From Aplysia californica (lineage: Eukaryota): a DNA stretch of 64,000 bases. Made by a program: the position numbers and the translations under genes. The stretch is taken from assembly GCF_000002075.1 (NCBI RefSeq), contig NW_004797315.1, positions 2,041,281-2,105,280 on the forward strand. The letters are read 5' to 3'. Numbering within the stretch: the first letter of the stretch is position 1; every line of letters begins with the position of its first letter. A model generated the notes under the pieces. That model saw only the letters and a program-made list of their open reading frames with translations. It had not been told where the DNA came from and ran no database searches. Below, piece after piece: positions 11,583-21,222 of this stretch.

Positions 11583-13334
11583 TACCGTGAAATGATTTCA
11601 GATATCCATTTTTTCCCCCTCTCTCTTTGTTCTATGCATTTCAACCTGCATCATGAAATCATGCTTGACATGGACCTAAATTCTCTCACCCAGAGAAGTT
11701 TCTGTTATACATGGGATTTACTGCTTTTCAACACTTTAGGCATTGTTAAAATTCTTACCCTAATGAACTGAAATGACAAATGACATTAATCTACCGACCA
11801 TCTGAAGGAGTATATTTTTTTTGTCCCTTCTACTTTCCACCTGATCACAGGAGATATCAGTTGGCTGTAACTACAATAATTGAAAGGATCTGATTTTGTA
11901 CTGAAACATACTGCCTTTTTTCAAAACTAGGACTAGGATCATGTAACATATGCATTATCTCCCATCTTTTAGGAAACAGTATGCAGTTTTCAAAGGTATG
12001 GTAGTACCCGTAACACAATTTCTTCAATCTTGTGCAGCGATTAATTCATATCAGATCGCCACTTTGGAAGAGCTGGCTATTTAAAAAAATTTCAACTGCC
12101 AGGGTGTCTTAACTCCTTATATATCTGGCAAATCCCCTCCTTGTGGCTTGCGGTAGGAACTGCTGTGCCCAAGATCCGCTTTCATGGGCATGGTCGAATT
12201 CCTCTACGAAGACAACTTTATATTAATTTCTAGTAATGGCCAAAAATAGGTCTCTCTGACTTACGGAGGTTCTTTCATTAGATGAAGAACTGTCAAAATA
12301 GGTTCATTTGTTTTAATTTAGTACTTAACATAGCTCCCCCTCCGGTTTCAAACCAAAGGAGGACTCCGGCATAGAGGGTAAAACCCCTTCGGAGATACAG
12401 AGTGAAGCGCGACATTCAAATTTTTCATCTTAATCTAAGGAGAAGGTGTATTCACTTTCCAGAAATAAACAAAATGTTTAGTGCAGCCTCTCTACAACGA
12501 CATCGCCGGGACCAGAAAAAAATGTTATATAGTATAGAGAGTTGTCGTTACAGAGTATAGAGAGTTGTCGTTACAGAGAGGTGACCAAAAATACTAGTAA
12601 AATATTAGGAAAAATTCAGGACCTGGGCACCATGTCGCTATACAGAGGATGTCGTAAAAGATCGTTATAGAGAAGCTGCACAGTAATTACCCAGCGGCCA
12701 CACCTACATATGAATCTGGATCCAACCAAACATGTCGACATAAAATGCTAGTAGATCTACCTCTAGACTTGCTAGTTACCCTGATAAGGGATAGGTGTAC
12801 AGATTTAAAAAAGGTGCAGTTGTAAAGTGAAATATCATTTTTATTCAATTATCACTTTCTCAGGTCTGTCACGGATGTTCAGATCAGAACTTTGTAAAAA
12901 CATGTAGAGTTTACATGAATGTCAGTACATCATGTATGAGAACAAGCATGCACAGCAAACAAGCACAAAGCAAAACGAACGCATAGCCAACAGTTCTTCA
13001 GGCCAAAAGTTCTCTTCTTGTAGTCTTTGTATCTGCACAAAAAGATTTATGCAAGGCGCTGATTTTGCTCTGTGCATGCAAGACTGTATTTTTGAAAAAA
13101 ATCAAATATATACGTACACTTGCTTGTGCATCATAAATAAAGCCTGTTGCATCACGATACAACTGGCAAACTCGTCCATGAAAAAATGCATGTCACCAGA
13201 ATTCAACCACATTGTGTCAAAATACTGAGTATTGTAACTAAAAAAATTTCCAAACCAGCACAGCAATGCAATGCCTCCTCCTGTCAGGTTTGCACAGATC
13301 ACAAGACAAATATATTACTTTCATAACAGTAGGC

Positions 13335-13337
<3 letters not shown>

Positions 13338-13375
<38 letters not shown>
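13338..13375. repeat. (TA)n microsatellite
   Basis: Pure TA dinucleotide run. Confidence 0.9.
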
Positions 13376-13377
<2 letters not shown>

Positions 13378-13906
13378 CCTATATACAGTGGAGTCCATTT
13401 AATAAACCAAAATCTGCTGGACAGTCGGATTTTCTTTGGTTTAGATACCTTGCTCAAATAGAAAAAAAAATCAGGATTCTGCTTTCTTTCAGTTTACCAC
13501 TGTTTAAGGATGAACCATGTTTGATTTAGGAGGACTTCACTGTAATGCTCCATGTGATGTGTTCCACATTTCTAATAAAGGCATGACAGCTGGCATAATT
13601 CTCATCATATTATTTTTCATATAGGGCCTAATCAGGAGAGGTTCTAGTTCTAGGATCATCGATGTTAAGAATTTGTAAAGAGTAGTTGGCAGCTATTCTT
13701 TTTTACCCATTTAGTCCATAGAGTAAAGTTGCACAGAGCCAATAGATTCACACCTAAAGCAATGTTTCAATTGCCAAATGTCTGACACTGTCATGTTATG
13801 TAATTCTACAAGGTCTAGGAAGAATGTCCAATTAGAAATGAAAACACAACAACAGGAACTCTAAGGCCCAGGCCCAGCTGTATGCTCTACAGTAGTATAG
13901 ACAATT

Positions 13907-14340
13907 GTGAGGCAGCGAGGTGGAATCAGGCTCTCGTCAAAATAATCAAAGTGAGGAAACTTGCATTTTTCCGCAGGTTTGTGAATTTTTATCAAATTTT
14001 TGTTTTTTGGCTCAGCACCTTTCATGTCCATTAAAAAACTCATTCTGTGTGGATTTTTCTGAAAAACGTTGATTAAAGGCACAAAAAATGTAAATTTTCG
14101 GTTACCACGGACTCTTAAGCTATGGAAATAACTAATCTTTGGCGGCCATTTTCTCACTAATTTTACCTCTGAAAAAAGGTGACTCTCACCTCCTGCTTTC
14201 GCAAATATCTCGACTTGTATTCAAGATAAATGGATATTTTTTTTACCCAAAGCAAGACTAATGAAAAAGCTTTAAGATGATATCAATAACTCTACATGCC
14301 CAAAAATTGACGAGAGCCTGATTCCACCACGCTGCCTCAC
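13907..14340. mobile_element. Sola-like MITE
   Basis: 34-bp TIR GTGAGGCAGCG(A/T)GGTGGAATCAGGCTCTCGTCAA with AATT TSD on both sides. Confidence 0.8.
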
Positions 14341-14416
14341 AATTTTAAACAGGACACATGAAATGGGGGGCTCAGGATTGTCATGCAATGAAATCTAAAG
14401 CAGAAGCTAAGGGCAT

Positions 14417-17400
14417 GTGTTGCCGTGCCGAAATGGAAAAGTTGATCTTGAACCGTTTCCTGCACTTCCTCAGCCTCTGGCAACACTCTTTGAAGGTGTG
14501 ACTTCTAGCTCAGCACATTTCTTAGAAAACATTAGGAAATACAATAGCGCTTTTCAGTTAACCTCACTAGGCTGTAAAGAAGTTACGATGGCAGGATGGA
14601 AACCCCAATTCTGAATCCAAGGTCAGCTTTGTCATCTTATTGGACCTCTGGAGTCATCCCGTGAAGCACAGCCTTCTTTTTTTAATATATATATTTCATG
14701 GATGGTGAATAACAGGTTGAAAGGAATAAAATCACTGATGGACTATGTCACAGCACATTACTTGACCTCCAGGATGTGTTAAGTGAAAAACAGGAATACG
14801 TAAAGGAATTGAAATGTTCCTATGAATTTGCCAACAACCAGAGCTTGGGGGATTTCAAAATTGTGATCAGTGAGGCGGCACGACCAATAGGAACTCATGA
14901 AAGGACACACAATGCACCAACTCTGAATAAAGTTGCTATTCTTATCCCAAACAATCCTGTAGGACACCGAGATATTTTGCTTCACACTAGAACTGAACAG
15001 CGGCAAAGAATTTCAGAATTTCACAAGGCCTATGACATTTTGCACTAACCTTTGCTTTTCCCATGTGGAAGTGATAGCTGGAATCTGAATATTGAAACTT
15101 ACAAGCCAGCACAAAATAACACATCTTCAATTCTATTGCTTTCATTTCTTCACAAGGCAAGGAAACTATTTATTGCAAGCACGTCAGCTCTTTCACTCAG
15201 CAGTATATTGTCGATGCTTACGCAAAGATTGAATGTGAACGCCTTCAGTTTATTCGGAGAGAACAGAACCGACTCAGGGCAGACGGTTATCAAGAACTTG
15301 GAGACACAATTTCCAGTGCAGATGGCAACCCAAACAATGTTGGACAAAAGGTTGTTCTGTCTTCTTCTTATTAATATTATGGAGGACTGCGCTACATGTT
15401 CGAAAAACAACAAGATCCATCAGCTCCTTGCATGAAAAATGGAAAATGTTCAAAACAGTTTCCTAAACCCTGAACAATTGGTCATTTTTAATGACTTACG
15501 GCAAAAACTGAAAGATAAAGTAGGAAGAATGATGTGGAAAGACATTTGTGATAGAGACAGTACTGGCGTGTGAAAGAGCGGAAGAGCACATTGCAATTGC
15601 TACAGCAAGTACTGGACTCGCAGCAAAACTATTATTACCAGGAGGACGGACAGTGCACAGTACCTTTAAGGTACCAATAAATATTGCCCTCAATGACGCA
15701 TCTACATGTGCAATAAAGAAAGGGACTGCTCTCTCACAAATACTTCAAGATGCCACAATTTTGATGACTGATGAAGTCACATCACTTCAAAGAAAAGTGA
15801 TTGAAGCTATTGACAGTACTCTGAAGGACATATGATCTTCAAATGAAGTTATGGGCGGATTGTTGACACTTGTCTGCGGTGATTTCCGACAAATCCTTCC
15901 AGTTGTGCCACGAGGCTCTAGGGCAAATACTATACTCTGTCACATTTTTAAGTATACACATTTCGAAGCTCAATAAAACAAAATCTAGGCCACCAATTAC
16001 TTTCAAATTTACACACTGATTACGTGATATACCTGTCGCTGGTGAGCTGTTTTCAGATTTCTAAACGCGCGAGTGGTTTTGTAACTTCATGCGTGTTACA
16101 TGTTTTGTCTTTTTTTTAAGAATTACTCATGATACGGCAATGATTTGTTTAAAAAAGAAGCACACATCAAAGCTTTGTTATTTTTTAAACAATTCGCCAG
16201 TGATAAAACTTCTTAAGTCTACGTTTCATCATGCCACGCCCAAAGAGAAAATGTGCGAAATCAGCTCGTTGGAATGATTCGCGGGAGTGCCTCGGTATCC
16301 ACTGTTGCGAGATATTTTAATGTAACAAGAAGACCTGTGTACACAACAATGGATCGTGAGAAAACAACAAAATCAGGAAAGGATCGAAACTGCTAACGCG
16401 GGAAAAGAAAAACTACTCCAAGAGAGGATTATTTATACGCCTGTCGCATCTACGGAATCGTTTCAAAACGGCTAGACAAACCCGAGATGAGTTGAACAAC
16501 ATGCGACAACACCAGTCTCAGACACTTCCTCAACTTGAGAGAGCATCGCATGAAGAGTGGAATAACATCTCTCATCAGGCAGTGCAGCGATTGAGTGATT
16601 CAAGGCGGCGACGATGTCAGGCTGTCATCAATGCTACTGATCGTGTTACTTGTGTAGACCATCCCCACACTCTTGTAACTTATGTAAGTCGCCAATAAAC
16701 CTGTTATGTTAACATTCCGCTTTGTGGTTGTTGTTTTTGTTTTTAAAATTGATTGAATTCGTATTCCTGAAATTTTAAAGAATATCGACTCATTGTGAAA
16801 CTAACTATTTTAATTTTAACAAAGTGTTTACTTGAAAATGTGACAGAGTACATTGTTGATGCATCTCTAAAATCATCCGATCTGTGGCACTCTGAGAAGA
16901 CGTACAAGCTGGTGAAAAACATGAGAGTGTTTTTAAATGCTGAAGCAAGTCTGCATTCTTTTGCTGACGATCTGCCGTGTGTTGGGAATGGTGATCTCAA
17001 AATAAAGGCTCCCCCAGACCAAGTTTCATTAGGTCTGTTTGGAACTCGGTGTGACGATATTGATTTCCTTATCACATATACCGAGATTTTCAGACAAAAT
17101 TTGTTGATAAAGATAGGCTTATGCAGCGTGCAATTTTAGCCCCTCACAATGACAGTGCTGCTAAAATTAATGACACCTTACTGGAAAAAATTCCCAACCA
17201 AACATTCACATACACATCAATAAATGTCATGATAAATGAGGAAGAATCAGTTCAATTCCCTGCAGAATTTCTAAATTCTATTGAAATATCTGGCCTTCCA
17301 CAACACATTTTAAAATTGAAAGTTGGTACGCCTGTCACGTTGCTGCGATCAATAAAGTCCAAACAATGAATGGCATGAGATGTGCAGTGACTTCTTGCAA

Positions 17401-17722
17401 CAGATACACTGTTGAAGTTGAAGTTGCTGTTGGTGCACACAAAGGAGAAAGGTATTTGGTGCCCAGAATTCCGCTACAGCCATCGGATACAACTTTTCCA
17501 TTCGTCTTTCAACGGAAGCAAATACCCCTACGTGCATGCTTTTCGATGACGATCAACAAAGCCCAGGGACAAATATTGTATTCCATCGGACTGGATCTAC
17601 AACAACCAGTATTTTCCCATGGAATGCTATACGTTGCCTTTTCAAGAAGTGGAAGGAGAGACGCCATTGCTTATGTGTCATCGCCTCTGACCAGGAATGT
17701 TGTCTACAAAGAAGTCCTGTAA
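14417..17722 (+). mobile_element. Degenerate Helitron RepHel (Rep region plus PIF1-like helicase), internally deleted
   Basis: Fragments CRNGKV..FLENIRKYNSAFQLTSLG, HNAPTLNKVA..ISEFHKAYD, QQYIVDAYAKIECERL, ASTGLAA..GGRTVHSTFKVP, GDFRQILPVV, RAILAPHN, LKLKVGTPV, NGMR, FQRKQIPLRACFSMTINKAQGQ..FSHGMLYVAFSR..TRNVVYKEVL*. Many stops and frameshifts. Confidence 0.92.
15935..16848 (+). mobile_element. Internally deleted Tc1-like element inserted in the Helitron helicase
   Basis: TA-flanked 25-bp TIR CTCTGTCACATTTTTAAGTATACAC / GTGTTTACTTGAAAATGTGACAGAG. Retains the Tc1 transposase C-terminus (LERASHEEWNNISHQAVQRLSDSRRRRCQAVINA). The Helitron frame RGSRAN|IVDASLKSSDLW resumes across it. Confidence 0.85.
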
Positions 17723-18247
17723 AGTTCTGAGGTTAGTGACTGTTTCAGCATTACAATATAATGTAAATTGAAAACTAATCCTTTCTTTTTCCAGGTGATA
17801 AATAAATCTCTCTTCCAGGTGATATCTAAATTTCTCTTTCAGGTGATAGCTACATCTCTTGTTCAATTGATCATTTGCAGATTTTTTCTCTTGCATGAAA
17901 ATGACTCGACGATTGATTCTTTTGAATCTGTTCATCAAACGAGTACCCAGCTGGTAATATATAACTGAGTGATGCTGCATTCCTGTCTGCATACAAAAAC
18001 AGACCATTGACGTTACCAACAGCATACTAAAAAGAACATAAAAGGAATGCATGTGTCCTATAACTCAGATTTTAATTATGAATCAAATTTGAAGAGCAGA
18101 GATGGAAGAGCACAGCAACTCTTCTCCTCATTACCTACACATTTTATCAACATCCAACCATTCACTCCCAACATGAAATATATGACACCACACATGTCGG
18201 CAACAACACAATTGCTATACGTCCACTCACTTTTTTTTTTTTTTTTT

Positions 18248-18633
18248 TTAAATAGTAAAGGGTTTTACGGTGCTCGCAACTGCATAAGGTCATATGAGCG
18301 CCAAGGGGTGGGTGTCAACAGAGAAGTCTTTACAGGGAATCAGACTTATTCTGCTCACCTCTCTAGCTTCAACAGCACAAGGTCTGCTTCGACTATCAAG
18401 GCATCCCGGAAATAGCAAGTCACAAGAGAGTGACAAACATACAAAAGAAGTAGAGGAAAATGACAATAGTAAGGATTCAGAAAGAAAAAGCAGCAGTTCC
18501 CTGTTGTAGATCAGGCACAGTTATGAGCGTGACATGAATCAGCCCATTTACAATTCTACTGTGCTTGAACGAGAAATGTCCCCCCTTTGGGAATGGCCTA
18601 AAGACACTACAGTCAGTGGCACTGTCCCGGGGG
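18248..18633 (-). mobile_element. Short retroposon family R2 (~385 bp); second copy 28150-28545
   Basis: Two highly similar copies starting CCCCCGGG and ending GGCGCTCATATGACCTTATGCAGTTGCGAGCACCGTAAAAC plus an A-rich tail (minus strand). Confidence 0.75.
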
Positions 18634-20096
18634 GTTATCCACTCACTTTACACTTTATGGCACACTAACATACAGGCCACCATATTATCACCGCTTCCCA
18701 TAGCGTAAGCCAGTAGTTCAGATCTACTAAGCCAAACATTTTGAAAAAAAATAAATTTTTAATTGCAGTTTCTTATTCTTCAGTATTGGCTGTCGGTGCT
18801 TTAAAATATTTAGTTGAAAATCAAATTTTAAATGTTGAATAAAACTAAATACATATATAATAAAAGTAAGATTTTTAAAAAAATAATAAAACATTTCATT
18901 TTCTCTCCTAAAAATATTTTGCTTTCTGGGCTTAGAACAATTCGTCCTTCTAAACACGTACTAACGTAAGCCACATCTGACCCGAAATCAAGTTATAGCA
19001 ATCACGCGATTCCCTTTATCCGATACTACATCCTCTCAAAACATCGTAGGAATCGAGCTATAAATAGCTGAGATATAGTCGATTCCAGTTTGAACGTATC
19101 CCACTTGCCCACAAAAAGATACAGCACGTACTAACACACTGTTGGTTATGCTAGTGCGTGACGTCCACTTTGACCCATTGTTCTGTTTTTATTATACAGC
19201 ACAAACTAACGTAAGCCACACAGCCGGGGCTGAGCCTATGGCAACAAAACATCACGCAGCACTTCTAGAGAGCGGGAAGACAAGCTAAACTACACACGTG
19301 AGCAGTGTGCTTCATGTGAGGCAGTGAATGCTCAGACTCCACTTCTTGAAGTCCCTTTTTACTCGTCCTTTGTTTACAAATGGGATCCCGCTCTGGACAA
19401 CCACTCTTTCTTTGACATGTAGCCCTACTGTTCAAACTCTAATTGACATTCAGAACCCTGGTGAAGTCTTAAGCTTACAGACTGCATAAGTCATGGGTGT
19501 CCAACTGCCACTGAGAACTTTAAGGGACAAATAGATGCACGTATGTGCTTCAAGGACACTGATATGCTTAGTGAGGCAGACAGTGATGAAATGTCAGCAT
19601 GGCTACGACTCAGATGGCGATCCGGAATTCAATCCTGGAACATGCTTGGTCAAAAGGTGCAATGCTGAAGTATGGGCGGCTTGTCCTGATTGTGAAATCC
19701 TTCTTTGCTTTGATCATTTCAATAAAGAGATTGCATCGTGAGTTCAACATAAAAAAGCACGAGAAGGTCAAAGGAAAAAATCAACAACACATAAAAGCTG
19801 TAGGTAGGCCCTTAAAGTTTAAGATTCCCGCTGGTGTGAATATGAACACTGATGCTCCCGATCAGTTTCAGACAAAGGAAACTGTCATTGATGAGGGGGG
19901 AGGAAGAATGCAAAGATCAGTTCCCGAGCAGTACACAGTGGAGGGAAGTGAGAAAGAAGTCAGAAAGGAAAAGAAACTCAGATCAAACAAACAGAAGGAA
20001 GCCAAAATGAAGAGGAATTTGGGACAAGAGTTCACAAGCATGTACCACATGTTCATCCAGGAATGGATACCAAGGCCATCAAGCTTCACTACATAA

Positions 20097-21032
20097 AACG
20101 ATGTATTCAAAAGTACAAATCTGTCAGTCCACCGGCCCAAGAAAGACCAGTGCTCTCTTTGTGTCAATTATCACCTAGGAAATGAAGAAACAAAGATAGG
20201 TCTTAGGGGAAAGTTTGAGATCCATGTGGGAGAAAAAGAAAAGGTCAGGGAAATAAAGGAGCTACGCAAGAAAGAAGCTCAGGAAAGTGAAAACATTCTC
20301 TGTGCAAGTTTTGATTTGCAGCAGGTCATTTACCTCCCTATGACTCAGGAGAGTGCCATCTTTTACAAAAGGACATTGTCCAACTACAACCTGACTTTCT
20401 ATAACATTGCTAACAGAGACTGTCACTGCTTCACTTACGATGAAACGCAAAGCAAACGTGGATCCTCGGAAATTTCAACTACAGTCCACCTTGCCCTGAA
20501 ATTTTATGACAACCGTGGCATCAAAAAAGTTTTTCTTTTTGCCGATGGACGCAGTGGTCAGAACAAAAATTCGATTACGCCTTCGATGATGTTGTATACT
20601 GTGAACAATAGTGTGAATCTTGAAGAGATTTCATTGAGGTTCTTTGAAACAAACCATGATCAGAACGAGGGTGATTCTGTAACTACAAAAAAGCCAGACA
20701 TTGTGTTATGGGAGGAAAAAGGCAAAGAGGTGCACTTGGTAGAGCTCACGGTGCCCCACGAGGACAATATCTATGCCGCTCATGAGCGGAAAGAAAACCG
20801 TTACGAGGCACTCGTCGAACAATGTGAGGAGGCAGGATGGAAGGCAACCCATTTTCCGGTAGAGGTAGGATGCAGAGGTTTTGCAGCAACAAGCGCCCGT
20901 AAGTGGATGAGAGTGGCAGGACTTACTGCAAAGAAAAGCAACGAACTCACAAACTCCCTTCAGGAGACAGCAGAGAAAGCCAGTCACTGGATCTGGTTGA
21001 AGCGAGAGGACTCAGGCTGGAATGAATCCTAA
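20097..21032 (+). pseudogene. Chimeric open frame: Sola1 DDD transposase core fused to a HERO-type restriction-like endonuclease
   Basis: Single stop-free frame. Transposase sequence runs to ...NEGDSV, then TTKKPDIVLW..VELTVPHE..AHERKENRY..PVEVGCRGF..AEKASHWIWLKR..W*. Confidence 0.7.
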
Positions 21033-21222
21033 AGTTGGCAGCAGAGGAAAACAGTCGAACTAACATGGAGACCTCGCATCGGTGAGAGGGCTCGGTGCGT
21101 CAGAAAAGCTGTAGAGAGGAAGAGCCCGAAACAGCGACGCATTCTCTCCTGATGATCTCCATGCTAGAGTCCGGGATACGGAGCGTTCGACGGTGAGCAG
21201 TGCATACGGCTGTTTAGACTAC
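20682..21222 (+). mobile_element. 5'-truncated HERO-clade (RLE) non-LTR retrotransposon: endonuclease domain plus 3' UTR
   Basis: PD..ELT / K..(K/R)Y / EVGCRG RLE motifs, stop at 21030-21032, ~190-bp 3' UTR. ACTAC at both junctions (20682-20686, 21218-21222). The transposase resumes afterwards. Confidence 0.82.

Noticed and set aside
12320-12370. Twister ribozyme (TAAC..CCGGTTTCAAACC..GGAGG)
   Set aside because: P4 and both pseudoknot pairings do not fit. It folds as a simple hairpin.
21120-21160. Hammerhead ribozyme suggested by GAAAC and CTGATGA
   Set aside because: The required stem II and stem III/NUH geometry cannot be built. Kept only as a structured 3' UTR.
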